Below are positions 20,230 through 30,531 of a stretch of DNA of 64,000 nt, piece by piece. Position numbers and translations under genes: made by a program. Each line of letters opens with the position of its first letter. Position 1 is the first letter of the stretch. Location: NCBI GenBank assembly GCA_012518615.1, contig JAAYRU010000004.1, forward strand, positions 16,085 through 80,084, given 5' to 3'. The notes under the pieces are model-generated. The model was given only the letters and a program-made list of their open reading frames with translations. It did no database searches and was not told where the DNA came from. The stretch comes from Christensenellaceae bacterium. Lineage in GTDB: Bacteria; Bacillota; Clostridia; Christensenellales; Aristaeellaceae.

Positions 20230-21642
20230 CTAATGGGGTATTTCATCATATTGGACTTCATCTTTAGTAGGCAGTAGTCTCCGCCAATTACCGCGGCGGT
20301 AGAAGTATATATTTACTAAAGCGCCTGTAACCCAGCTGATTACCATTGAAACATATACCATTAAGGGCTCACCTAGTGGATTTTCAGACGTTTTTGAAAG
20401 CTCTACCAATACATAAGCAAGCGTTGTACGCACTAATATGGCGCTAAAAAGCGAAATACCCATAGGGGTTACAGTATCTCCCGCCCCTCTCATAACGCCC
20501 GACATGGTTTGTGTAAGTCCCATTGCGAGGTAGCCAGGCACCAAGATATACATAATATTCATGCCAAGGTCTATTACCTCCTGCGTCTTAGTAAATATTC
20601 CAAGCATACTGCGCCCAAACAGAAGAATGGCGCAAGTTAATACAACAGATGTAAAAAAAGCCAGCTTAGCCCCCTGAACGGCGCCGCTATGCAGCCTGTC
20701 ATACTTTCTTGCGCCTACATTTTGCCCTATGAAGGTAGTCATAGCGTTACCAAAGGAAAAGCTTGGCAGCATGGTAAAGCCGTCTACACGCTTAACAATA
20801 CCTGTAGTAGCAATGAACATAGGACCAAAGCTGTTTTCAAGTCGTTGAATAAGCAGCATCGCAAGAGAAAAGGCTGCCTGCGTAATACCTGTGGGCAAGC
20901 CCAATTTAATCATATCTAGGGTGGTTTTTTTGTTAAGACGAAGTGTCTTTCGGTTAATATCAAACAGTGTTGACATACTCTTTAGCTTGATAAAACAAAG
21001 CACAGCAGAAACACCCTGTGAAATAATAGTAGCAAGCGCAACGCCCGCCACCGCCATATCAAACTGTATAACAAACCATAGGTCAAGCACAACATTTAAA
21101 AGCGCAGCTATAATAAGAAAACCAAGGGCAGAGAGTGAATCACCCAAGCCCCTTAGTATGCCTGATAGCATATTATAAAACATAGCGCCCGAAACGCCTG
21201 CAAAGTAAATATTGAGGTATTGACCGGTCCATTCCATAATCTCAGCAGGTGTGTTAAGCAGGTTTAAAAGCACCGGCACAAGAGGGATACCCACAGCCAT
21301 GATAATAAGCGAGCTAATCAATGTAAGGGTAAGGCAGTTGCCTATAACAAGCGATAATTTATCCCTATCTCTAGCTCCATAATGCTGTGATGCACGGATA
21401 CTAGTACCCATCCCTATACCCACCATGAGCGTTAAAAGCAGGTTAATAATTGGCATGCTGGATGATACTGCTGCAACCGCGTCATCTCCCACATACCTAC
21501 CTACAATTGCGGTATCAACAGCGTTGTATAGCTGCTGTACCAAATTTCCAAGCAGCAAGGGGACGGCAAACATGAGTATGTTTTTCCAAGGAGTGCCTTC
21601 CGTCATATCCCGGGGAGCAAAAAGTGCTTTTAGTTTTTGCAT
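20230..21642 (-). CDS. MATE family efflux transporter
   Basis: 470 aa, about 12 TM segments. MATE-typical N-terminus (PWKNILMFAVPLLLGNLVQQLYNAVDTAIVGR). Confidence 0.9.
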   Translation of the reverse strand: MQKLKALFAPRDMTEGTPWKNILMFAVPLLLGNLVQQLYNAVDTAIVGRYVGDDAVAAVSSSMPIINLLLTLMVGIGMGTSIRASQHYGARDRDKLSLVIGNCLTLTLISSLIIMAVGIPLVPVLLNLLNTPAEIMEWTGQYLNIYFAGVSGAMFYNMLSGILRGLGDSLSALGFLIIAALLNVVLDLWFVIQFDMAVAGVALATIISQGVSAVLCFIKLKSMSTLFDINRKTLRLNKKTTLDMIKLGLPTGITQAAFSLAMLLIQRLENSFGPMFIATTGIVKRVDGFTMLPSFSFGNAMTTFIGQNVGARKYDRLHSGAVQGAKLAFFTSVVLTCAILLFGRSMLGIFTKTQEVIDLGMNIMYILVPGYLAMGLTQTMSGVMRGAGDTVTPMGISLFSAILVRTTLAYVLVELSKTSENPLGEPLMVYVSMVISWVTGALVNIYFYRRGNWRRLLPTKDEVQYDEIPH

Positions 21643-21760
21643 GCATTGAATCCTTTCGTTAAAAAAACAATCTAATTATAGCAAAGTACGAGTATAGGAG
21701 CAATTACAAAGAAAAACCACTTAAACGATTCTTTTGGCTGTAGACAAAGCTCTTATAAAT

Positions 21761-21796
21761 AAAAAAACCCCAGCTCAGAATACTGGGACTTTTTTG
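21761..21796. terminator. Bidirectional terminator downstream of the esterase gene
   Basis: AAAAAAA-CCCAG-loop-CTGGG-ACTTTTTT hairpin with flanking A- and T-runs. Confidence 0.55.
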
Positions 21797-21846
21797 CTAA
21801 TTGACATATGCAGCAAATATGCTGCTGTCATTTTTTATTGATATTA

Positions 21847-22599
21847 TTATGCTCCAACCGCATCCATAACTATAGGCAGGAAATACGCAAGCTGTTTACG
21901 CCACCAAGGCCAATCATGGTTTACATCATGGCCCCATAAATCCACCCAAGCGTTTATGCCTTTATCATCAAAGGCATTTTTGAGTATGCCCATAGTGCGG
22001 AGCATTTCATCTTCCCAGGCGCCCTGCCCCGCGCAGAATACCATTTTACAGCTGTTGAGCGCATCTATAAAATAATGACCCTTAGGTAGGTTAGGCATAT
22101 AGTGCACGGGGGAATTAATGTATACTATATCATCCATGTAGCCATTTAGCAGCCAAGACGCGTCAAAAGCGCCTGACATTGCTATAAGACTGTCAAACAG
22201 ATTAGGAAAGCGCAGCACTAAGTTGCCCGAATGGGTGCCGCCCATGCTGCAACCAAGCGCCATAAGCCTACCCTGCCAACCAGAATCCTCCTTTACAAAG
22301 GGCACATATTCCTGCGTTAAGTGCTGTATCCATTTTTCGTGCAGCTCCATGCGGGCGCGTGGGTTACCATTTAAGTTAGACCAAGTTTCTTTATCTATAC
22401 TATCAACACAGTATAGGGTGATACGCCCTTCGCTCAAAAGAGGCTCACAGGAGGGAATCATACCGAAGCCCTCAAAATCTTGGGCGACTCCATCCTGAGA
22501 GGGCAGCACTAGCACAGGCTTTCCCCCATGTCCGTATATAATAGAATGAGTATCTCTAGATAAAATATTGCTGTAATAATGTTGATGGCGTACTGTCAT
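21847..22599 (-). CDS. Esterase family (alpha/beta hydrolase) protein
   Basis: 250 aa with nucleophile elbow GCSMGG. Immediately follows the ATP-grasp gene with a 1-nt gap. Confidence 0.8.
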   Translation of the reverse strand: MTVRHQHYYSNILSRDTHSIIYGHGGKPVLVLPSQDGVAQDFEGFGMIPSCEPLLSEGRITLYCVDSIDKETWSNLNGNPRARMELHEKWIQHLTQEYVPFVKEDSGWQGRLMALGCSMGGTHSGNLVLRFPNLFDSLIAMSGAFDASWLLNGYMDDIVYINSPVHYMPNLPKGHYFIDALNSCKMVFCAGQGAWEDEMLRTMGILKNAFDDKGINAWVDLWGHDVNHDWPWWRKQLAYFLPIVMDAVGA

Positions 22600-22600
22600 C

Positions 22601-23794
22601 TTAAACCCTTTCCGAAACGGCGGCTATAAAGGCATCCGCTTCTTCCCTATCCAAACACTTGGCAATGTAATAATAATTTCCCATAGCGCCGCTCATAGCG
22701 TCAGGCACTCTGCCTTGCTTTACTATGCGGTGCCCGTAGCGCTCCATAATATCTGAATGGCTAAGCTTATACGCTTGGTTATCCCGAAGCCCCACGAAAG
22801 GACACACAAATGTGCTTCTTTCATCTTGCAGCCAAACCCTATCATGGCACACCATATCCGCCCAAAGCCTATATATATCAATGCTGCCGGCGAAGTTCAT
22901 CATATCGGGCGATATGCCTCCTGAAGGACGCATATTTACTTCAAGCCCTAGAATATCACCTTTTTTACCTAGACCCTCTTGGTCCTCCATAAGACGGAAA
23001 AACTCAAAATGTATCATGCGGTTTTTAACGTCAAAGGCTTTAACAGTATTGCGTCCGGCTTCAAGCACATCGTCAGCAGGTTTAGGTAAAAGCATAAACG
23101 CGCTGTCCAACCTATCATTCACCACATCCACAAGAGAAGTTACGGTGATGTTGCCTGTTTCATACAGTGGCGTTCCCTTACTATCCAATATGGCATCGTA
23201 GGAGCATACCTCACCTTTAACCAGCACTTCCATAATATAAGGGTCATAGGGCTTTTTGTCAAAAAAGCGGTTTAAATCATCTTGATTGTATATTTTATAA
23301 ATACCCTGAGCTCCAACGCCAATATCAGGCTTAATTATTAAAGGATAGCCATATTTATTGGCAAATTCAAAGCCCTTTTCTCGAGTGGTAACAACCTCTC
23401 CGGGCGCTGTTTTTACGCCAGCTTCATGATAGAGTAGTTTCATCTGGCTTTTGCGCTTGAATTTTTCCATATCTTTTAGCATGGGTCCAGTATCAATATG
23501 GAACATAGTACGAAGCCAAGCGTCCTGCATAAGCCAATATTCATTATTGCTTTCAAGCCAATCAATCTTGCCCCATTTATGGGTAAACCAAGCAACCGCC
23601 CTTAAAACCGCATCGCCATCTTCTAGGCTTGGCACTTGGTAATAGTCGCTAAGCGAATCTTTAAGTTCTGGGCTTAGGTTGTCATAGTGCGTGTCGGCAA
23701 TACCCAGCACATTTACTCCGTTTTGCTTAAGCGCCCTGCAGAACAGATAGTAATTCGACGGAAAATGAGGTGAAATAAATACAAAATTAAGCAT
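22601..23794 (-). CDS. ATP-grasp domain protein (carboxylate-amine ligase-like)
   Basis: The start MLNFVFISPHFP follows GGGGGAGGGG. The central region is ATP-grasp-like (YGYPLIIKPDIGVGAQGIYKI ... FEFF ... LEVNMRPSGG). The track start at 23866 was rejected. Confidence 0.8.
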   Translation of the reverse strand: MLNFVFISPHFPSNYYLFCRALKQNGVNVLGIADTHYDNLSPELKDSLSDYYQVPSLEDGDAVLRAVAWFTHKWGKIDWLESNNEYWLMQDAWLRTMFHIDTGPMLKDMEKFKRKSQMKLLYHEAGVKTAPGEVVTTREKGFEFANKYGYPLIIKPDIGVGAQGIYKIYNQDDLNRFFDKKPYDPYIMEVLVKGEVCSYDAILDSKGTPLYETGNITVTSLVDVVNDRLDSAFMLLPKPADDVLEAGRNTVKAFDVKNRMIHFEFFRLMEDQEGLGKKGDILGLEVNMRPSGGISPDMMNFAGSIDIYRLWADMVCHDRVWLQDERSTFVCPFVGLRDNQAYKLSHSDIMERYGHRIVKQGRVPDAMSGAMGNYYYIAKCLDREEADAFIAAVSERV

Positions 23795-23954
23795 AAGCCC
23801 CTCCCCCCTAGGCGCAACTAGCGCCTTATTTGAAGCAGGATAGCACAATAAATTGACTATCGTCAAACAAATACAATAAAAGTACTGATTGCTGCAAATT
23901 ACACTTATGAGATATTAGACATATGCCATCATTTGCCATCTTTTTAATGTACAC

Positions 23955-25255
23955 ATATTAATTCACCCACCCCGTGAGGGGTGGGACTTTGACCCACCTA
24001 TGGATTGGGCGGTGGAGCTGCCATTTCAATCCACCCACCCCGTGAGGGGTGGGACCTCTGCCCTCAGTGTTACGGGCTGCGCGACCTATATTTCAATCCA
24101 CCCACCCCGTGAGGGGTGGGACCTCGTTATCTTCCCACGAAACGAGGTCAAAAAGTATTTCAATCCACCCACCCCGTGAGGGGTGGGACTAGGGTTAAAT
24201 TCCTTTACCCTCTTGCCGGGCGATTTCAATCCACCCACCCCGTGAGGGGTGGGACGCTATTGCAAGAAACACTACAACAAAGCATACAGAATTTCAATCC
24301 ACCCACCCCGTGAGGGGTGGGACCGATTATTACAAAGCGGTATATGATGATATATTGATTTCAATCCACCCACCCCGTGAGGGGTGGGACCTTATAGGAT
24401 TGCTAAAAGGTGGTCGCTGCCTTATTTCAATCCACCCACCCCGTGAGGGGTGGGACTTTTTGCAATTTTTTGCAATTCCCTATGGGCGCGTATTTCAATC
24501 CACCCACCCCGTGAGGGGTGGGACTGTATAAAAGATGCAAATAAAGCGTTTTTGCTTATTTCAATCCACCCACCCCGTGAGGGGTGGGACTTATAGCCAC
24601 CGCTAGTGCAAAGAGCAAAATAAATTTCAATCCACCCACCCCGTGAGGGGTGGGACCCCCGCTTTTTATTTCTTGTACAATAAGGCTTGATTTCAATCCA
24701 CCCACCCCGTGAGGGGTGGGACGCATGACCCATGCGTGCCATGGCGTACTTATCCGATTTCAATCCACCCACCCCGTGAGGGGTGGGACGTACCCGTTTA
24801 TATTTGACAGGCTGTTTCCCGTAATTTCAATCCACCCACCCCGTGAGGGGTGGGACTATCCTCATCTACAACTACAGTAACAGTAAAAATTTCAATCCAC
24901 CCACCCCGTGAGGGGTGGGACGTTAGATTATTTATATTAACGCTTTCTAGCTTAGATTTCAATCCACCCACCCCGTGAGGGGTGGGACCACAGGCGGTGC
25001 AATAGGTGTAAAAACCAAGCAAATTTCAATCCACCCACCCCGTGAGGGGTGGGACCTATCTAGGCGTGATGGGGTAGACTATTCAACGGATTTCAATCCA
25101 CCCACCCCGTGAGGGGTGGGACGCTCCTGAGTACGCTTGTGTCATCAAGCACGGGTATTTCAATCCACCCACCCCGTGAGGGGTGGGACCCCAAAGAATT
25201 TAACCTGCGCCATCTTCACAAAATTTCAATCCACCCACCCCGTGAGGGGTGGGAC
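23955..25255 (-). CRISPR. CRISPR array with 20 repeats of 33 nt and 19 spacers of 32-35 nt, type I-C-like repeat
   Basis: Counted by hand. The plus-strand repeat ATTTCAATCCACCCACCCCGTGAGGGGTGGGAC starts at 24023, 24090, 24157, 24223, 24291, 24358, 24424, 24492, 24558, 24624, 24690, 24757, 24824, 24889, 24956, 25023, 25090, 25157 and 25223. A degenerate terminal copy (3 mismatches) lies at 23955. The minus-strand form GTCCCACCCCTCACGGGGTGGGTGGATTGAAAT ends like I-C repeats. The degenerate repeat is distal to cas2. Confidence 0.97.
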
Positions 25256-25424
25256 CGCAAAACCGCATAATAGCGGTATGCTTTCATTGTAAGTATTGCA
25301 CAATTTTAGCCGTTTTTCAACATCAAACTAATATGTGCAGCTAAAATAATCAGAAAAAATCACCATTATTTGTGATTTATAAGTGCGAACATAATGGCAA
25401 AAGTATGTTAGCTTGTAGTTCGCA
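25256..25424 (-). promoter_or_regulatory. CRISPR leader (AT-rich, between cas2 and the first repeat)
   Basis: 169-nt AT-rich spacer between the cas2 stop (25425) and the newest repeat. It holds a 9-bp inverted repeat AGTGCGAAC/GTTCGCACT directly after the cas2 stop and a small ATCAC/GTGAT hairpin with a U-run. Confidence 0.6.
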
Positions 25425-25715
25425 CTAAAAAAACAATAATCCCTCGGCATCATATGAAGGTTTAGCTCCATAATGTTCTACACGGTTGTGGTATTGGTTA
25501 CCAAGAATATAGAAGCGAAGGCTATCAGTTTCTTCATCTATTATATCTTTCAATTCCTGCTTTAATTTCAAGAATTGTGCATTGTTGATTACACATTCAA
25601 ATACGGAGTTTTGAACACGCTGACCGTGAGCAACACATTTTTTTGCAACATGACGCAACCTACGGCGACCGGCGGCATCTTGGGTGTTTACATCATAGGT
25701 TACTAAAACAAGCAT
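25425..25715 (-). CDS. cas2: CRISPR-associated endoribonuclease Cas2
   Basis: 96 aa. MLVLVTYDVNTQDAAGRRRLRHVAKKC...QNSVFEC is canonical Cas2. Confidence 0.95.
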   Translation of the reverse strand: MLVLVTYDVNTQDAAGRRRLRHVAKKCVAHGQRVQNSVFECVINNAQFLKLKQELKDIIDEETDSLRFYILGNQYHNRVEHYGAKPSYDAEGLLFF

Positions 25716-25727
25716 ATTTTCACCTCT

Positions 25728-26759
25728 TTATTTCCAGAAAAATGGCGGATACGCTTCCAAATCGCCTCTTAACAACCTTGATAATAGTAGAGACTGCGCA
25801 TAGGGTACCAATCCCCAAGGTATTTTCTCTTTTAAAAACGGGTGAGTTATTTCTTCCCGCTTTTTTGTTTGCCACGCTTCAAGAAAGGTCTTTCTTCCCT
25901 GCTCTGAAAGCAGAACGGCTCCGTCTTCCTGTCTATCAAAATCTCTGTCTTTAACCATTCGGTTGTTAATGAGCGTAAGTACAAGGCGGTCTGCCACAGG
26001 TGCTCGTAATTCTTCCTGTAAATCAAGAGCCAGCGAAGTGCGTCCGGGACGGTCACGATGAAGAAACCCCACATAGGAATCAAGACCCACACTTTCAAGC
26101 GCAGCTGCACAATCGTTTGCCAGCATAACATAGGCAAAAGACAGCAAGGCATTTACATTGTCACGGGGCGGTCTACGGTTGCGTCCATCGAATGTAAAAT
26201 CAGCTTTCTGGCTTAGTATCATTTCGTCAAACACCTGATAATAGCGTGCGGCAGTTTCCCCTTCTATACCCCGCAGAGAATCAAGCGAGTCGATATTTTC
26301 AAGGCTTGGCAATACTTCTTTAAGCTCCTGCGAAATAATCTGTAAACGGTTTGAGTTAATACGCAAAGCATGGTCTCTCAAACACCGTTCAAGCACTTGC
26401 CGCTGATTGTATATTTTTCCTGCCACCATATTGCGTGCTATTTTGCAGCTATCTTTTGGGTCATCAGCTATGCGGTATTGCGTACGCCTTAAAAGCACAT
26501 TGCCATTTTCCGCACCTACACTTCTAGCAAGAAAACGCCCGTTCGGCGTCAAAAAGCACAGACTGATGTTACGCTTAGCACATTCTCCCATAAGGGCGGG
26601 GCTTGCGCCACGGTAAGAAAATGATACTATACCTTCAAGACCGATTAGCGGAATCATTCCAGCGGAACCGTTTTCATCGGAAACCAAAATGTTTTGATTT
26701 TTTAATGATAAATAACGGTTATCGCTGGTTACATACAGGGTGTTAAGCATCTTTCTCAT
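25728..26759 (-). CDS. cas1: CRISPR-associated endonuclease Cas1 (I-C type)
   Basis: The start MRKMLNTLYVTSDNRYLSL is chosen at 26759, giving an ATGA overlap with the cas4 stop. Cas1 body (...GFLHRDRPGRTSLALDLQEELR...). Confidence 0.95.
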   Translation of the reverse strand: MRKMLNTLYVTSDNRYLSLKNQNILVSDENGSAGMIPLIGLEGIVSFSYRGASPALMGECAKRNISLCFLTPNGRFLARSVGAENGNVLLRRTQYRIADDPKDSCKIARNMVAGKIYNQRQVLERCLRDHALRINSNRLQIISQELKEVLPSLENIDSLDSLRGIEGETAARYYQVFDEMILSQKADFTFDGRNRRPPRDNVNALLSFAYVMLANDCAAALESVGLDSYVGFLHRDRPGRTSLALDLQEELRAPVADRLVLTLINNRMVKDRDFDRQEDGAVLLSEQGRKTFLEAWQTKKREEITHPFLKEKIPWGLVPYAQSLLLSRLLRGDLEAYPPFFWK

Positions 26760-27418
26760 GGCATGTCCTCCGTTAGGTGGCGGTGCACATAGTTTTCGCT
26801 TGTTTCTTGTGAGCTTAATGCGGGTAAGCAAATCAAATTAAGTGAACAGGCATTGCAGCCCTTGTGCTTTTTTACCTTAGGGGTATGCCCACGCTTAAAA
26901 AGATCGTGCATTCTATCTACAGCAGTATATAGGGAATTTCGTAAGCATTCATCAAAAATAACTGTTTCTCTACGCCTTGTTTTTCCATAGAAAAGAGCGC
27001 CCTCATTTATGGTGCACAACAGCATTTCTTCTAGGCATACGGCTTGTGCGCAAAGCTGTAGCCTATCAGCATTGTTTGCCTTAGGCGCGCCGCGCTTATA
27101 TTCAACCGGAAAGGGAAGCCAAAGTCCACGAAAGCCTCTAAGCTCAACCCCGTCTTCATGTTGATGGAACTCAACCACATCACATACCCCACTTATCTTA
27201 AGGCTATGCGATGCAACTCGCAGACCACGCACGGTAAGCACATCTCCTCTAAGCTCATGCCCTGTATCTGTATGCACCCTTTCATGCATTATGCGTCCCG
27301 ATGCTGTTAATGCGTTTTCTAGCCACTGCTGTTCAATATGAATTAGCGCCCATTGTCGTGGACAGTAGGAATAGTGTTGTATTCCGGATAGTAGTAGATA
27401 GTTTTCATAATCAGTCAT
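26756..27418 (-). CDS. cas4: CRISPR-associated exonuclease Cas4
   Basis: 220 aa. N-terminal Cys (YSYCPRQW), RecB-like DVVE/EYKRG, and a C-terminal CNACSLNLIC cysteine cluster. Confidence 0.93.
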   Translation of the reverse strand: MTDYENYLLLSGIQHYSYCPRQWALIHIEQQWLENALTASGRIMHERVHTDTGHELRGDVLTVRGLRVASHSLKISGVCDVVEFHQHEDGVELRGFRGLWLPFPVEYKRGAPKANNADRLQLCAQAVCLEEMLLCTINEGALFYGKTRRRETVIFDECLRNSLYTAVDRMHDLFKRGHTPKVKKHKGCNACSLNLICLPALSSQETSENYVHRHLTEDMP

Positions 27419-27463
27419 TGGAAAACCTCAAAATTTCTTTATACAAATCATTAAACAGAAAAA

Positions 27464-29662
27464 CTAATAAAATAATACCTCTGTTTTTGTTTTAATTAAA
27501 TCTAAAACACCACTCATATAGCCTAAAAAATCATCATACCGAAGCGTCCATTGATATATTCCAGCTGCACATTCTCTCAAATTCCACTCCTTTACTTTAC
27601 TACGGCGGATAGAAACAGATTTTTTTTGTAGCGTTCGCCAGTCACCTTGTCCATATGCCACTGCCTTGGCAAGCGTTTCATCAATAATCACAGAAACCGT
27701 ATCAGAATCTATAACATTAAACTTTTCATTAACGGTTTCAAATGCCATAGCTTCTTCCTCTTTTAGACGTTTCTTCATGTCTCCAATACAAATATCATTA
27801 AGAGTAATTTCATCATTCATTGAACGAGTACTAAGTTCGGGATTAATTCTGATATTTTTTGTAAAATAGCGTTTCAGCACTTCGCGTGATTCATCCAAAG
27901 CCGGATTCTTTGTTAGCATTGTATTGTCTTCAAGAGAAAAACTCCACATTTCTGCATTTGAGAACCGTCCATGCCTATTCACTCTACCAGCGGCTTGTAA
28001 AAGTGAAAGCAATGAAGATAATTCACGAAATCCCGTTCGGAAAGAAAAATCCACACCTGCTTCTACACAAGATGTTGCTACAAGGGTCCAGTTCGTATCT
28101 TTCTCGTTTTTTAGTCGTAATTTTACCCGCTCGATAACAGTGTTTCTATCTTCTGGTGTCAAAGCTGTAGATAAGTGCTCCACACATTCGCGACCAAATT
28201 CAACACATAAATCCTGCGCTACGATAGCAGCATTTTGTATTGTGTTTAAAATCAACAAGCGTGGTCCAGGTTTGTTTTGTACTAATTCTATCAACTTCTT
28301 ACGACTTAAAGCCTTAGGTTTCCACAAAAAAACTACTCTATCACCCTCATATTTCATTAAACGTTTTCGTAAATCTGAATCAACCAATTCAGTTACTTCC
28401 GAAGAGGGGCTCATAAGACTATTCAGACATCCAAGTTGCCAATAACGTACAAGAGAGCCTGATGCCAACACCCAATAACAGCCCCATTCCTCTGCAAAAA
28501 CATTCATCCAACGCCACGCAAGAGGAAACAACCTAATAGGCATTGCATTGTGAGCTTCATCTACAAAAATAACGCTTCCTGGCAGTTCATGAAGCCTTCG
28601 TAAAGTGGAAGGACGATTGGAAGCCAATGTTTCAAAGAAGGCAACAGCAGTTGTTACAATTATGGGAGAACGCCATAAAGATGTGAGATAGCGTGTTTCA
28701 GGATCTTCAAAATCCGCACGACTATGCAATTCAGCAACAACTTCTTCTGCATTTTCTCCAGGCAGTACTAATGCTTTTCGATAAACATCAACTGACTGCT
28801 GAATAATGCTAGTGTACGGCAAAACCACGATGATACGTCTTAAACCTCTTTCAATTGCTTGCTGAAGCAGATGAGCCATAACTGCTGTTGTTTTGCCAGA
28901 ACCAACAGGACTATCACAAGAAGCAAAACTACCAAACACATTCGCATTACGGCAAGAATAATACATTTCACGCCTAAGTGTACTTCGCACATCTTGCCCG
29001 CCAAGTGTCGCCACATATTTGTCCAATGCCTCAAGTCGTCTTGAAGCACACAGTTTAGGTAAATGTTCTGTCGCCGGTGCTTGATTATAGGCAAACGCTG
29101 TATCTGAATGGTCAGCATCAACCAAACAGGATAGCGCCATACGACAAAACACATTCCTACTCCTGCCACTTTTGGGTTTTTCCTCTTGAACAAAATTGTA
29201 TGTTGGAACTATTTCGTTATGTATATCCAGAAGCAGTAATAATGATTCGTCTGTCTTATCCCTCGTTGATTGACTCTCATCCCGAAATATTGCCGTTCCT
29301 CTTACTTTCTCGGCAGCCATATTTGGTAATCCTCTATGGTGGGAATAAACTGTCAATGCAGAAAAAGGTTTTTTCATTAACTTTAAAGCAGCACATCCTG
29401 CATCTACATGATTTATTGGTAACTTAGAACGAACATTACCTGTATCACTCAAAACCTTTTGGTTTTGCTTGTCAAGTTTACCTAAGTCATGTAACAATGC
29501 ACTATTCTGAACTATGCTTCTTAATATCCCTTTATTATTCGGGGAATACCTTTCCGCTTCTTCTGCATATCGAAGTGCCCTATCACAAACACCTTTAATA
29601 TGTGCAGAATATTTTTGTGCAGGGCAATCTCTTTTAGCGCTATGAGCAAGGTATTCTGTCAT
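27464..29662 (-). CDS. cas3: CRISPR-associated helicase/nuclease Cas3 (HD plus SF2 helicase)
   Basis: 732 aa. HD motifs (LLHDLGK, YSHHRG), helicase motif I SPVGSGKT, motif II VDEAH, motif VI QAAGRVNRHG. Confidence 0.93.
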   Translation of the reverse strand: MTEYLAHSAKRDCPAQKYSAHIKGVCDRALRYAEEAERYSPNNKGILRSIVQNSALLHDLGKLDKQNQKVLSDTGNVRSKLPINHVDAGCAALKLMKKPFSALTVYSHHRGLPNMAAEKVRGTAIFRDESQSTRDKTDESLLLLLDIHNEIVPTYNFVQEEKPKSGRSRNVFCRMALSCLVDADHSDTAFAYNQAPATEHLPKLCASRRLEALDKYVATLGGQDVRSTLRREMYYSCRNANVFGSFASCDSPVGSGKTTAVMAHLLQQAIERGLRRIIVVLPYTSIIQQSVDVYRKALVLPGENAEEVVAELHSRADFEDPETRYLTSLWRSPIIVTTAVAFFETLASNRPSTLRRLHELPGSVIFVDEAHNAMPIRLFPLAWRWMNVFAEEWGCYWVLASGSLVRYWQLGCLNSLMSPSSEVTELVDSDLRKRLMKYEGDRVVFLWKPKALSRKKLIELVQNKPGPRLLILNTIQNAAIVAQDLCVEFGRECVEHLSTALTPEDRNTVIERVKLRLKNEKDTNWTLVATSCVEAGVDFSFRTGFRELSSLLSLLQAAGRVNRHGRFSNAEMWSFSLEDNTMLTKNPALDESREVLKRYFTKNIRINPELSTRSMNDEITLNDICIGDMKKRLKEEEAMAFETVNEKFNVIDSDTVSVIIDETLAKAVAYGQGDWRTLQKKSVSIRRSKVKEWNLRECAAGIYQWTLRYDDFLGYMSGVLDLIKTKTEVLFY

Positions 29663-30531
29663 GACAATGTTATTAAATCAACAACACTTGCCACACGAGA
29701 ATAAAGTTCTTCAGGAAGACCAGTTTTATCTTGATAGTCGTTCCATGTAATTGAAGGACGATCCTTATTTTCAAGCTTAATAGGTGTTAGTGCTTCTATC
29801 AACAAATGTTCAGGACAGCTGCCTAATATGCTTTTATGTTCAATATACCACGCATGTCGAATGCGTACATCTGGACGAATGGCAGAACGGTTCATTTCAT
29901 AAGCATGAGGGATTAATAGTTTTAAAAGCTCAACGTCTTCAGTTGTACAACCTGTCTTATGTGCGTAATTAGGATTAACAAAAAACGGCATATAATATAC
30001 CCCGTGCTCTACAATTCGGTACGCTAGAGGCGCCATTCCGCTGGTTTTATCTCTTTCTACACCTGCTTTGTTAGTGTTCGTTTGTCGTATTATATTAATC
30101 GGTGCAAGTGAAACACCCATTCCAAACTGTACTACACCAGTTTTAATAAAACCTTTACTCTGTTCTTTTTCAAGAAAGGTATTGCCAAAAACCCGTGCGT
30201 CCCAATACTTTGACACAAAAGTGCTTTCTAAGAATTTTGCAGGATCCGTCCCCATCTCGTTAGAAATGCTATCTCTGTTACGACCACGCTGCTCAAGAAT
30301 ATTATAACGTTCTGCATTGTCAATAAACTCTTTTGGTAGGGCATTAAAAAAAGGAGAATTATGATCTTCAAGCATATCACGAAGTTTTCGTTTGAAAGAT
30401 ACTGGAGATATTTCTCCACAGCCATTAGGACGTTGACGTGGATCACTTTCGCGTTCAGGATCCCCATTAGGGTTGGAATTAACAACCTCAATCACCAACA
30501 AACCAGTTGCTCGTTTAATTGTTTCGCTCAT
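29659..30531 (-). CDS. cas7: Cas7 (Csd2/Csh2 family backbone subunit)
   Basis: 290 aa. VVNSNPNGDPERESDPRQRPNGCGEISPVSFKRKLRD matches the N.NPNGDP...G.G.IS.V..KRK.R signature of I-B/I-C Cas7. Confidence 0.85.
   Translation of the reverse strand: MSETIKRATGLLVIEVVNSNPNGDPERESDPRQRPNGCGEISPVSFKRKLRDMLEDHNSPFFNALPKEFIDNAERYNILEQRGRNRDSISNEMGTDPAKFLESTFVSKYWDARVFGNTFLEKEQSKGFIKTGVVQFGMGVSLAPINIIRQTNTNKAGVERDKTSGMAPLAYRIVEHGVYYMPFFVNPNYAHKTGCTTEDVELLKLLIPHAYEMNRSAIRPDVRIRHAWYIEHKSILGSCPEHLLIEALTPIKLENKDRPSITWNDYQDKTGLPEELYSRVASVVDLITLS

Noticed and set aside
24116-25022. Several 65-116-aa ORFs on both strands with reiterated peptide motifs (STHPVRGG, HPSRGGWIEI).
   Set aside because: They are translations of the 33-nt CRISPR repeat read through successive spacers. 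The periodic motif is the repeat itself.
23988-25222. A look for self-targeting spacers or spacers matching the AT-rich islands in this window.
   Set aside because: An eye scan of the 19 spacers against the window found no match. This is not exhaustive. A BLASTN-short search of the spacers against the genome and phage databases is needed.
25256-25424. An attempt to pin down the leader promoter (TTGAAA-17-AATACT or TACAAT candidates on the minus strand).
   Set aside because: No candidate has both good hexamers and good spacing. Only the leader region as a whole is reported.
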